58,096 nucleotides of DNA, from positions 1-58,096 of the forward strand of contig JBDTOZ010000826.1 in assembly GCA_039932995.1 (NCBI GenBank), given 5' to 3'. The notes beneath the pieces are model-generated. The model did no database searches. It was not told where the DNA came from and was given only the letters and a program-made list of their open reading frames with translations. Source of the DNA: Acidobacteriota bacterium (GTDB lineage Bacteria; Acidobacteriota; Thermoanaerobaculia; Gp7-AA8). Below, piece by piece: positions 1 to 10,849 of the stretch (within the stretch, counting starts at the first letter, position 1; the number at the start of each line of letters is the position of its first letter). The position numbers and the translations under genes are program-made.

Positions 1-3
1 CCC

Positions 4-9
4 TATAAT
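4..9 (+). promoter_or_regulatory. candidate -10 box TATAAT within CCCTATAAT, 32 nt upstream of the kinase ATG
   Basis: Exact TATAAT preceded by CCC. The same 9-mer context recurs at 49913-49921(-), 50223-50231(+) and 55275-55283(+). The -35 region lies outside the window. Confidence 0.35.
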
Positions 10-41
10 CGTTCCCATCGTCAGATCGACCACGGTCCCCC

Positions 42-1667
42 ATGCCTTTCTTCTGCATCCACTGCAAATCGGAGATTGACTCCAAGTACAAGGCCTGCCC
101 CTATTGCGGTGAGGTGATCACCGATTTTCTCCGGCGGCACCTGGAAACGCCCCTCGACGGCAAGTACAAAATCCTCTCGCGGCTCGGTGTGGGCGGCATG
201 GGGGAGGTCTACAAGGTTCTGCACACGCATCTGAACTCGATCCGGGTGATCAAGCTGATGCGCGCGAACATTTCCGCCGACCCCGGCGCGCATGAGCGCT
301 TCCTGCGCGAGGCACGGCTGGCCACGAAGATCCAGCATCCGAACGTGGCCGCTCTCTTCGACTTCTCCACCCTCGAGGATGGCGCGCACTACATGGTCTG
401 GGAGTACATCGAGGGGATCAACCTGCACGAGTTGATCGCCGAGCGCGGCCCGCTCTCGCCGAGCTACGCGGCGAAGCTCTCCGTGCAGGCCCTGCACGGT
501 CTCGACGCCATCCACCGCGCCGGCATCGTCCATCGCGACATCAGTCCCGAGAACCTCATGATCACGCACGACGACGAAGGACATGAGCGCGTCAAGATCA
601 TCGACCTCGGCATCGCCAAGTCGGCCGCCAGCGAAGACAACAAAACCAAGACCGGCATGTTCGTCGGGAAGTGGAAGTACTGCTCTCCCGAGCATCTGGG
701 CATGCTCCCGCCCGGCGAGCGCATCGACGCGCGCGCGGATCTCTACTCGTTTGGCATCGTGATGTACGAGATGCTCACCGGCGTTCCTCCGTTCGTCGCC
801 GATACGCCTCACGCCTATCTGCTCAAGCACGCCTCGGAACGACCGAAGGCGGTACGTGAAGTCAACCCTGCGGCGGTGACGGCGCCCGAGCTCGAGGCAC
901 TCATGTTCCGCGCGCTGGAGAAGGATCGCGGCAAGCGATTCGCGACGGCGCGCGAATTCGCACAGGAGATCGAGCGCATCGCCGCGGATCTGCCCGACAC
1001 GCCCGGGGCCCCGCCACCTCTGCCACCCGCGGCCGACGTGACGAAAGAAGCGACCCGGCCGATGAGCAGGATCTCCGGCGATGCCGTGACCGTGGCGCGC
1101 GAGGAAGTGCCCGCGGAGCGCGAGGCCCTGACGCTCGTGACCGAGTCCCAGGTTCCGATCGGAAAGACGTTGGACCGCGTCGCGGCCTACGGAGTCCCGG
1201 CCGAGCCCGCGGCCGAACTGCCGTCCTCCACGAAGACCCGCAGCTCCGCGTGGATCTTGTACGCGGCGGTCATTCTGCTGGCGCTCGTGGCGGCCGGAGC
1301 CTGGATGTTCACGCGCCAGCGCGGGGCGACGGTGGTTGCTCAGGAGCCGCTGCCGACGACCTCCGCGACGGCCGTCGTGCCGCCGCCCCTGGCTCCGCAG
1401 GGTCACCTGGGCGTGAACGCGTTTCCGTGGGCGACGATCACGAGCGTACGCAACCTCGAAACAGGACAGCTCGTCGACCTCGGAGCCGACGTCACCACGC
1501 CCGTGCCGCTCGATCTGGCTCCTGGACGGTACGAGGTCACACTCGCCAATCCGAAGTTTCGCGAGGCCATCACGCGCAAGGTGACGGTCGAAGCGGGACG
1601 CGACGCCACGCTTTGGGTGAGCTTCCGCGATCCCGCGTCCTCGCCCGATTTCGGAGGTACGCGATGA
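42..1667 (+). CDS. Ser/Thr protein kinase with N-terminal zinc ribbon, one TM helix and C-terminal PEGA domain
   Basis: CIHC..CPYC zinc ribbon; G-loop LGVGGMGEVYKV; IRVIKLM lysine; catalytic HRDISPENL; DLG; SPE. TM helix ILYAAVILLALVAAGAWMF. PEGA-like LAPGRYEVTLANP at the C-terminus. Confidence 0.9.
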   Translation: MPFFCIHCKSEIDSKYKACPYCGEVITDFLRRHLETPLDGKYKILSRLGVGGMGEVYKVLHTHLNSIRVIKLMRANISADPGAHERFLREARLATKIQHPNVAALFDFSTLEDGAHYMVWEYIEGINLHELIAERGPLSPSYAAKLSVQALHGLDAIHRAGIVHRDISPENLMITHDDEGHERVKIIDLGIAKSAASEDNKTKTGMFVGKWKYCSPEHLGMLPPGERIDARADLYSFGIVMYEMLTGVPPFVADTPHAYLLKHASERPKAVREVNPAAVTAPELEALMFRALEKDRGKRFATAREFAQEIERIAADLPDTPGAPPPLPPAADVTKEATRPMSRISGDAVTVAREEVPAEREALTLVTESQVPIGKTLDRVAAYGVPAEPAAELPSSTKTRSSAWILYAAVILLALVAAGAWMFTRQRGATVVAQEPLPTTSATAVVPPPLAPQGHLGVNAFPWATITSVRNLETGQLVDLGADVTTPVPLDLAPGRYEVTLANPKFREAITRKVTVEAGRDATLWVSFRDPASSPDFGGTR

Positions 1668-3016
1668 GACGCGCCGCCCTTCTGGGTGCACTGCTGTTCG
1701 TCGCGGCCAATGCGCTCGGCGCTGAGAAATGGTGGGATGCGTACAACCGTGGCGTCACCGCCGTGAACGGGAAGAGCTACGCGGCCGCCGATGCGGCGCT
1801 GCAGAAGGCGATCTCGGAGAATCCGAACGAAAGCACCAGCGTGCGGGCGGGCAACTCGATCATCACCTACGTTCCCCACTTCTGGCTGGGGATCGCCAAG
1901 TTCAACCTCGGCGATACGGACGGTGCCTTGCGCGAGTGGCGCACCTCCGAGGAGCAGGGCGCCGTGGCGCGCACCGCGTACTACTCCAAGATGAAGGACT
2001 GGGTGGCGCGTGCGCAGAACGAGAAACAGCGCCAGGCGCAAAGCGCCGCCTCGGGAGCCAAGCGGGAAGCGGAAGCAGCTCTCAGTCACGCCGTCGATCT
2101 GCAGGGCACGGCCATGAGCGAAGGCGGCGACCGGACAACCACCTATCGCGATGCCGAGCGCAAGCTCCAGGAGGCGCTCGGACAGTTTCGTAAGGCCGGG
2201 ACCGATTCTTCTGCCTATCGTGCCTCCGAACAGACCGCGCAGCAGGCCTCATCCCTCTTCGCCTCGGCAGCCGAGGAAGGGAAGAAGCTGCGGGCCGCGG
2301 CCGTCGTGAAGCCCAAGCCGGTGCAGCCCAAACCGGCGGCACCGGCGGTGATCAACTTACCGATGAATCTCCCGCCTGCCACGGACACCGCTCCGAAACC
2401 GATCATGCCGGAGCCTCCTGCGCCCGTGATCAGTGCGGCGAAGGTGGCCTCCGAGCTGGCGGTGCAGGACTACCGGCGCCGGATCACCGAAGCGCAACAG
2501 AAGGCGCGCAACGGGTCAAAGGCTCTGCGTGATTTCCTGCGGGCGGAGACGCCCCGCGGCGAAGCATTGCGCGATCAGTTGCGCGGCGCGAAATCCGACG
2601 CCGACTACGAGCGCATCCGCGCCGCCGCCGACTCCGGTGTCGCGCAGATGACGGCCCGGATCGTCGAGCTCTCCGCGCCGGCGTCGGTCGTTCCTCCGGT
2701 TTCAGTAGCGGTCGTTGCGACGGGGAAGGTCGATGTCACGCCAGCCTATCGTGCGTTCGCCACGGGTGACCTTACTTCGGCGGAGCGGCTGCTGACGCGC
2801 ATTCTCTCGACCACGCCGGCAGCCGAGGCGTATCTGCTGCGCGGGTGCGTGCGCTACACGCAGGCCATGTTGTCGCGCGCAGCTGATGCGCAGCTCCTCG
2901 CCGCGACCGACGACTTTAAGGCCGCGCTCGACCGCAACGGATCTCTTCGGCTCGATCCCAGCGTCTTCTCTCCGAAGCTGGTGGCGCGCTTCGAACAGAT
3001 CCGCCGCGGACGGTGA
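1664..3016 (+). CDS. secreted TPR-like/coiled-coil protein of unknown function
   Basis: ATG at 1664 overlaps the kinase stop (ATGA). Signal peptide MRRAALLGALLFVAANALGA. Pro-rich linker and helical repeats. The track ORF from 1250 overlaps the kinase and is an over-extension. Confidence 0.7.
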   Translation: MRRAALLGALLFVAANALGAEKWWDAYNRGVTAVNGKSYAAADAALQKAISENPNESTSVRAGNSIITYVPHFWLGIAKFNLGDTDGALREWRTSEEQGAVARTAYYSKMKDWVARAQNEKQRQAQSAASGAKREAEAALSHAVDLQGTAMSEGGDRTTTYRDAERKLQEALGQFRKAGTDSSAYRASEQTAQQASSLFASAAEEGKKLRAAAVVKPKPVQPKPAAPAVINLPMNLPPATDTAPKPIMPEPPAPVISAAKVASELAVQDYRRRITEAQQKARNGSKALRDFLRAETPRGEALRDQLRGAKSDADYERIRAAADSGVAQMTARIVELSAPASVVPPVSVAVVATGKVDVTPAYRAFATGDLTSAERLLTRILSTTPAAEAYLLRGCVRYTQAMLSRAADAQLLAATDDFKAALDRNGSLRLDPSVFSPKLVARFEQIRRGR

Positions 3017-3109
3017 TGGACGAGGCCATGCGTGAAGAGGTGCAAGGCAAACGCGTAGTGGGGATCGCCAACGGAGCGAACCTCACGCAGGAACTGTTCG
3101 CGAGGCTGC

Positions 3110-3643
3110 ATGGCTGACGTTCTCCTGCTGGGTGATCCACGGTTGCGCGTTCGCTCGCGGGAAGTGGAGACCTTCGACCCGGCGGTCTTCGGTGAGCTGG
3201 CCGCCACGCTGGAGGCGTTCCGTCGCCGTCACGGCTTCGGTCGTGCCATCTCCGCTCCACAGATCGGGGTCGCCCGACGCTTTATCGCCGTCCACCTTGG
3301 CCGGCGGCCGTTCTTCGTCCTCAATCCGATCATCACTTCACGGAGCGAAGAAACGTTCACGATGTGGGACGACTGCATGAGCTTCCCCGACCTGCTCGTG
3401 CGTGTTCAGCGGGCCCGGTCGATTTCCCTCGAATACGTCGACGAGCACGGGAAGCGGCACGAATGGCGCGACCTCGACCAGGCCGCCGCCGAGCTGTTGC
3501 AGCACGAGATCGATCACCTCGACGGAATCCTGGCCGTGGATCGCGCCATCGATCGCGACGCCCTGATCATGCGCGCCGTGTACGAAGCGAATCGCGAGGC
3601 GTTCGACGCGCAGGTCGACTACACGATCGCGCCGACGGTGTGA
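3110..3643 (+). CDS. def: peptide deformylase
   Basis: Motifs GRAISAPQIG (GxGxAAPQ), DDCMSFP (EGCLS-like) and HEIDHLDG (HExxH metal site). Confidence 0.85.
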   Translation: MADVLLLGDPRLRVRSREVETFDPAVFGELAATLEAFRRRHGFGRAISAPQIGVARRFIAVHLGRRPFFVLNPIITSRSEETFTMWDDCMSFPDLLVRVQRARSISLEYVDEHGKRHEWRDLDQAAAELLQHEIDHLDGILAVDRAIDRDALIMRAVYEANREAFDAQVDYTIAPTV

Positions 3644-3698
3644 GGGAAGGGCGTACTCGCCAGGAGGAGATCGATCGCGTGAGCTAGACTTCGCAAGC

Positions 3699-3935
3699 AT
3701 GCCCACGCTTCTTCGTCAGGGTCCGTATCGCTTCTACTTTTACAGCGGTGACCTCGGCGAGCCTCGACATGTGCATGTTGATGGGGGCGATGCGACGGCG
3801 AAGTTCTGGCTGACGCCCGTCACACTCCATTACAATCTAGGCTTCTCGGCGCGTGAACTGCGTGTGATCGAGCTGATCGTTCTTGAACATCGCCGAGAAT
3901 TCGCGGAGGCTTGGGATGCGTACTTCGGAACCTAA
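3699..3935 (+). CDS. DUF4160 family protein
   Basis: 78 aa. The N-terminus GPYRFYFYSGDLGEPRHVHV is typical of DUF4160. Confidence 0.7.
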   Translation: MPTLLRQGPYRFYFYSGDLGEPRHVHVDGGDATAKFWLTPVTLHYNLGFSARELRVIELIVLEHRREFAEAWDAYFGT

Positions 3936-4185
3936 GGCGGGTGAGAGGATCAAAGCCGTCCGGCTCGACGAGGATATGCTGACCGTCGACCTCGCCGATG
4001 GGCGTACGTTGAGCACACCGCTGGCCTGGTATCCCCGTTTGCTTCATGCGACGCGTGAGCAACGAAGAAACTTCGTCATTGCTGGGGCCGGATTCGGACT
4101 TCATTGGCCCGAGATCGATGAGGACTTGAGCGTCCAGGGGATGCTGGCCGGGGTTGCTGCGCCAAGCGTCAGGATTGCCGTCTAG
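3916..4185 (+). CDS. DUF2442 family protein
   Basis: IKAVRLDEDMLTVDLADGRTLSTPLAWYPRL...HWPEIDEDLSV pattern. The start at 3916 (MRTSE) overlaps the DUF4160 end. The ORF could also start at 3883. Confidence 0.65.
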   Translation: MRTSEPKAGERIKAVRLDEDMLTVDLADGRTLSTPLAWYPRLLHATREQRRNFVIAGAGFGLHWPEIDEDLSVQGMLAGVAAPSVRIAV

Positions 4186-4234
4186 GCAATCCCTACTCAA
4201 TCCTGGCGGGGTCCGGTGCTCACGTTCTGGAGCC

Positions 4235-4678
4235 CTACTTCGTCAGCTCGATGCCGCTGGCCACGAACGACACTTCATTCGCAGTTCCGTCTTCATTGCG
4301 CTTGAGTTTTGCGCCCTCGCCCTCGATGTGATCGGCGTCGGCCTTGGAGAGCTTCTTCACGGTGGTCACGCCTTCGGCGCGAGCTTTCATCCCCTTCGAA
4401 TCGAGCGGGACGAAGAACGCGTAGTCCTTGAAGGTCACGCGGACGGAAGGCTGGCCCTCGCCGGCGGCGAGCTGCATCCAGCAGCCTTTGCGCTCGCAGG
4501 CCGTCGTGATCAGACCCTCCACGACCACGGCGTCTTTGGTGTAGGCGTCGGGGCTCTCCAGGACCTTTGTGAGCGGGACCACCTTGGCGTCGCGGGAGAC
4601 TGCGGCGCCGCGCGTGATGATCTCACCGGCGGAGACAGCGGTGGCGAAGAACACGAGAGCGAGAGCGAGCTGTTTCAT
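4235..4678 (-). CDS. secreted DUF4920-like protein
   Basis: Signal peptide MKQLALALVFFATAVSA; CERKGCWMQL motif. The track ORF extends upstream to 4903, but that extension is Arg-rich and not protein-like. Confidence 0.7.
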   Translation of the reverse strand: MKQLALALVFFATAVSAGEIITRGAAVSRDAKVVPLTKVLESPDAYTKDAVVVEGLITTACERKGCWMQLAAGEGQPSVRVTFKDYAFFVPLDSKGMKARAEGVTTVKKLSKADADHIEGEGAKLKRNEDGTANEVSFVASGIELTK

Positions 4679-4820
4679 GGTGTCACCTATTATCGCGCGT
4701 CGCGCATGAGGAATTCCTGATTCGCGCTTCCGGAAATGACCTACGAAGCGGAAGCGTCGGCGAACTGTTTCTGTCCCGTGCCGGCCGGTGCTTGGCTGAA
4801 GAGGCGCCTTGGGCCGCGTC

Positions 4821-4853
4821 AAAAGCAAAAGGCCGGCGTCTCCGCCGGCCTTT
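4821..4853 (-). terminator. rho-independent terminator downstream of hppA
   Basis: Stem AAAGGCCGGCG/CGCCGGCCTTT with a 4-nt loop, followed on the minus strand by TTTTGCTTTT. Confidence 0.6.
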
Positions 4854-4874
4854 CGTGAATCCGTAGAAACAGCG

Positions 4875-7373
<2,499 letters not shown>

Positions 7374-7462
7374 TGGATGCCTCCGTGTTGGATAAGGTAC
7401 CCCGGGTCGGGAGCCGGCGCAGAGGCACCTCTCCCGGGAACGAGGGTCGTTCAGGACGGGCG

Positions 7463-7497
7463 GATTGTAGATTGAAAAGCGGAAATTGAGAATTGAA
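7463..7497. repeat. one-armed heptamer array (GATTGTA GATTGAA ... AATTGAG AATTGAA)
   Basis: 7-nt periodicity read directly. The unit is related to the GGATTGA array at 15003-15044. Confidence 0.5.
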
Positions 7498-7825
7498 AAG
7501 GCCGGCAGGGCGGGTCGCGGCGGACCTCAGGCGACCGCGGTCGCTTCGAGCGGAGCCGGTCGGCGTTGCCCCGTCGTCCCGGATCAGGTCCGTTCCACCA
7601 ACTCCAGGTCCGCGGCGATCTCGAGGGATTCCACAGGATCCGGCCCGGGACGTTGCGGATGAGGTACTGGTCGTCCAGGAAGATGGTGTCGTCGTTGCGG
7701 TAGTAGGTGAAGGTATGGCGGGCCCGAGTGGTTGGCCTGGCCTTGGCACGTGCGGTCGCTCCGTCGGGGCGTCCTCGCGAAACCGCGCACTCCTAGTCGG
7801 ACAACTGAGATTTGGACCGCACTCC

Positions 7826-7865
7826 AAAGAAAAGGGCCCGTTCCGCACGTGGCGAAACGGGCCCG
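7826..7865 (-). terminator. rho-independent terminator downstream of the first OmpA-like gene
   Basis: Stem GGGCCCGTT/AACGGGCCC, followed on the minus strand by TTTTCTTTGG. Confidence 0.6.
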
Positions 7866-7887
7866 GAGGCTGGCGTGGGTGGGCGAC

Positions 7888-8532
7888 TTACTGCTGCGGG
7901 GCGCGGATGTGGATCTCGACCCGGCGGTTGAGCTGACGCCCTTCGGCCGTGTCGTTCGAGGATTTGGGGTTCTCTTCGCCATAGCCATACACCGTGATGG
8001 CGGACGAGCGGACACCGCTGTCGATCAGGTAATCGGCGACGGCTGAGGCGCGCTGCTCGGAGAGACTCTTGTTGTGACTGTTGGTGCCGGTCGAATCGGT
8101 GTGCCCTTCGACGCTGATCAGGTTGTCCGGATACTGGCGAAAGTTGGTGCCCAGTTCCTGAAGCGTGGTCCGGGACGCCGCACGCAGGGCGGAAGAGTCC
8201 GTGTCGAAAAGGATGTCGTTGGTCAGACGGACGTTGATCTCGCCCTCGGAAGGACGCGAGACTTCGACGCCTTCGATCTGCCGGAGCTCCTGCTCCTGCT
8301 TGTCCATCCGGCGGCCGATGACCCCTCCGACCGCGGCGCCCGCTGCAGCGCCGGCCACGGCTCCCGTGCGGTTGTTGCCTGACTGATTGCCGATGACCGC
8401 GCCTGCAACGCCACCGATGACGGCTCCAATGGCGGCACCACGCTTGGTCTTGCGGTTGGGATCGTCGGTCGTCGATGCACAGGCAACGACGAAGACTGCG
8501 ATGAATGCGAGGATGAGGCTCTTGCGTAACAT
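7888..8532 (-). CDS. OmpA-family lipoprotein with glycine-zipper segment
   Basis: Start MLRKSLILAFIAVFVVAC (lipobox); Gly-zipper GAAIGAVIGGVAGAVIG; OmpA_C motifs GHTDSTG...N..LS..RA..V. The upstream part of the track ORF is not protein-like. Confidence 0.85.
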   Translation of the reverse strand: MLRKSLILAFIAVFVVACASTTDDPNRKTKRGAAIGAVIGGVAGAVIGNQSGNNRTGAVAGAAAGAAVGGVIGRRMDKQEQELRQIEGVEVSRPSEGEINVRLTNDILFDTDSSALRAASRTTLQELGTNFRQYPDNLISVEGHTDSTGTNSHNKSLSEQRASAVADYLIDSGVRSSAITVYGYGEENPKSSNDTAEGRQLNRRVEIHIRAPQQ

Positions 8533-8692
8533 ATTCAGAAATACCTCCGTTTGCTCAGAGCGAGAAAGTCCGCTCGGTTTCCTTGGGGGTCCTTCGCAAC
8601 ATTGATACCGCTTTGATGTTGCGCGGAACAGCACGGGCAAGATGCCCATACGCGCTGCTTTTTGAGAAGGACGGGAGGGCGTGGGTGGGAGC

Positions 8693-8880
8693 CTCTGTGG
8701 AGCGGTGGACTTTAGTCCACTGGGCACTCGCGACGCGCGTGCCGAAGGCGGGTGAGGCGCTCGGGACGGTCGTGCCGGGAGCCTCGTTCAGTGACGCCGC
8801 CACGACGGCAGAGGGGAAGTGTCTCGCAAGAGCCTGGCAGGCTAAAGCCTACCGCTCCACAGGCACGCCTCCCTCCGATC
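8693..8880 (+). mobile_element. MITE-like non-coding repeat, copy 1
   Basis: About 90% identical to the reverse complement of 49983-50176. Near-terminal inverted repeats CTGTGGAGCGGTGGACTTTAGTCC / GGCTAAAGCCTACCGCTCCACAG (about 20/24). No ORF. Confidence 0.75.
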
Positions 8881-8896
8881 CCCCCTTTGTCACCTC

Positions 8897-8934
8897 AAAA
8901 CAGAGCCGCCCGCCCTGAGTCTCGGGGCGGGCGG
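8897..8934 (-). terminator. possible terminator downstream of the second OmpA-like gene
   Basis: GC stem CCGCCCGCCC/GGGCGGGCGG. Only a short TTTT follows, 5 nt after the stem on the minus strand. Confidence 0.4.
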
Positions 8935-8957
8935 GATTCACTGCCGCCGACTGCCGC

Positions 8958-9614
8958 CTAGGCGTTGGCTCTCACGTAGAGCTCGACTCTACGATTGGCC
9001 TGACGGCCGCTGGCGCTATTGTTCGAGGATTTGGCCCGCGACTCACCGTAGCCGACCGCGTCCAGGCGCGATCCGCGAACGCCGACATCCTCGAGATAGT
9101 TGGCCACTGCGGTGGCGCGGCGGTCCGACAGGCGCTGGTTATAGGAGGCAGAGCCGGTCGAATCGGTGTGTCCCGCGACCACGATGGTGGTGTCGTTGTA
9201 CTGATTGAAGACCCGAGCCATCTCCCGCAGTTCGTCACGCGAGCTGGAGCGCAGGCCGGCTGAATCGAAGTCGAAGAGGATCTCATTGCGGACGGTCACC
9301 TTCAGTTCGTCTTCACCCGTGCGGGCCACGTCGATTCCGTCGATCTGGCGGAGCGCGCGCTCCTGTTTATCCATCATCGCTCCGACGATGGCACCGGTTG
9401 CGGTTCCGACCACGCCTCCGATGACCGCGCCGCGCTTGGCGCTTCCCTTACCGCCGAGGCGCTTGTTGTTTCCGATGATCGTACCGGCGATGACTCCGGC
9501 GACACCGCCGATGATGGCACCCTTCTTCGTCTTGTCGCGCTCGCTGGCAACATCGGCGAAGGCCATGGGGGCTGCCAGGAGGGCGATGAGCACTGCTGCG
9601 ATGAACTGTTTCAT
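8958..9614 (-). CDS. OmpA-family protein with glycine-zipper segment (paralogue of 7888-8532)
   Basis: Signal peptide MKQFIAAVLIALLAAPMAFA; GAIIGGVAGVIAGTIIG; GHTDSTGSASYNQRLSDRRA. AAGGAG RBS at 9622-9627 on the minus strand. Confidence 0.85.
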   Translation of the reverse strand: MKQFIAAVLIALLAAPMAFADVASERDKTKKGAIIGGVAGVIAGTIIGNNKRLGGKGSAKRGAVIGGVVGTATGAIVGAMMDKQERALRQIDGIDVARTGEDELKVTVRNEILFDFDSAGLRSSSRDELREMARVFNQYNDTTIVVAGHTDSTGSASYNQRLSDRRATAVANYLEDVGVRGSRLDAVGYGESRAKSSNNSASGRQANRRVELYVRANA

Positions 9615-9702
9615 GGTCTTGTTCTCCTTGTGTTCGCACTCCTCCATCGCAACGGCACTGCCAAGCGGGGATTGAGTAAGGAGGAAAACGGGCCGCCCGC
9701 CG

Positions 9703-10836
9703 GTGTACCATCCCGCCGTGTCCCTTGAATCCTCCGTGTCGGGCGTGCTGCGTAACCGACTCAAATCAGGAGACTTGCCGTTCGGCGAATTCGTCGAGCT
9801 GGTCCTCTACCACCCGCAATTGGGCTACTACGCCCGGGGTCAGAACCCGGTGGGGAAGGAGGCCGATTACGTCACCGCGCCCTTGCTCAGCCCGGTCTTT
9901 TCGTTCGCTTTGGGCAACCTCATCCAGGAGTTCCTGCGCCGACATGAGGGCGAGCTGTGCTCAATTGTGGACATCGGTTGCGGAGATGGCAGCCTGATCT
10001 GCGATCTCGCCTCGCGAGGTGAAGGGCAAACCACTCGATTCATTGGCGTCGATCGCGCGCTGGCCAGAGTGAACAGGGGTTCGTCTGAGAAGGGCCGGCC
10101 CGTCGAGTTCGTCAGCTCCCTCGAAGGGGTCCCGCGTGGGGGTTGCCATTTGATCGTGTCCAACGAGCTCTACGACGCTTTCCCGTTCTCCCGGCTGGTC
10201 CGGCGCGGCGACCGGATTCACGAGCTTTACGTGACGGAACGCGGAGGCGCGCTGGATTGGAGCGAACAGAGGGCACCTGAGGCTTACGAAGACTACTTCG
10301 CGGAACGGGGAGTGGCCTTGGACGAGGGACAGTTCGCGGACGTCTCGCTGGCCTGGGAAACCTTTCATGAGGAGGTCCTGCGCCTCGTGAAGCGGGGCCT
10401 CATCGTCACCATCGATTACGGATTCCCGGCGGAGAAGCTGTTTCATCCGCGCGCGCGTCGATTCGGAACGGCGGCGGCGTATGCGGGGCAGCGGGTCTCC
10501 CGCGATCTGCTGGCGAGCCCCGGCCAGCAGGACCTCACGGCGCACATCAACTTCACCGATTTGGAGCGGGCGGGAGCGCGCGAAGGTGCGCGAACCCTCT
10601 TCTTCGACCGGCTGGCCCGGTTTCTTCTGACCCTCGACATCACCAGCCACGAGCTGTTCCGTCCCGTACACGAGGTGGAGATCGCCAGCGCACAGGAAGG
10701 GGTGGACCTGCTTCAGGCTCGCGAGGACGCACGCCGGCTGGTGCTTCCTGACGGCATCGGCGAGGAGATGCGCGTGCTCGTCCAATCCAAGGGGGCGGAG
10801 ATGGAAGGCTGGTCGTTTCAGCGGGCGCTGTTTTAA
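9703..10836 (+). CDS. class I SAM-dependent methyltransferase, MidA/NDUFAF7 (DUF185) family
   Basis: FGEFVELVLYHPQLGYY...DYVTAP and IVDIGCGDGSL (SAM motif I) are typical of MidA. GTG start at 9703; an alternative GTG lies at 9718. Confidence 0.8.
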   Translation: MYHPAVSLESSVSGVLRNRLKSGDLPFGEFVELVLYHPQLGYYARGQNPVGKEADYVTAPLLSPVFSFALGNLIQEFLRRHEGELCSIVDIGCGDGSLICDLASRGEGQTTRFIGVDRALARVNRGSSEKGRPVEFVSSLEGVPRGGCHLIVSNELYDAFPFSRLVRRGDRIHELYVTERGGALDWSEQRAPEAYEDYFAERGVALDEGQFADVSLAWETFHEEVLRLVKRGLIVTIDYGFPAEKLFHPRARRFGTAAAYAGQRVSRDLLASPGQQDLTAHINFTDLERAGAREGARTLFFDRLARFLLTLDITSHELFRPVHEVEIASAQEGVDLLQAREDARRLVLPDGIGEEMRVLVQSKGAEMEGWSFQRALF

Positions 10837-10849
10837 CGCTTTGCGTTTT

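Noticed and set aside
1250-1663. 5' extension of ORF 1250-3016 overlapping the kinase gene by 414 nt.
   Set aside because: The extension is Arg/Gly-rich noise in the kinase alternative frame. The ATG at 1664 gives a signal peptide and an ATGA stop-start overlap.
21-1691. Long antisense or alternative-frame ORFs in the track. Examples: 21-1691(-), 4809-7475(+), 13016-14158(-), 15078-16352(-), 18668-20098(-), 28516-30372(-), 30606-32156(-), 33799-35397(-), 35464-36867(-), 46383-48059(+), 48581-50014(+).
   Set aside because: Each lies opposite or out of frame to a gene with clear family motifs. Their translations are dominated by Arg/Gly/Pro/Asp/His runs typical of non-coding frames in high-GC DNA, and none shows a recognisable motif.
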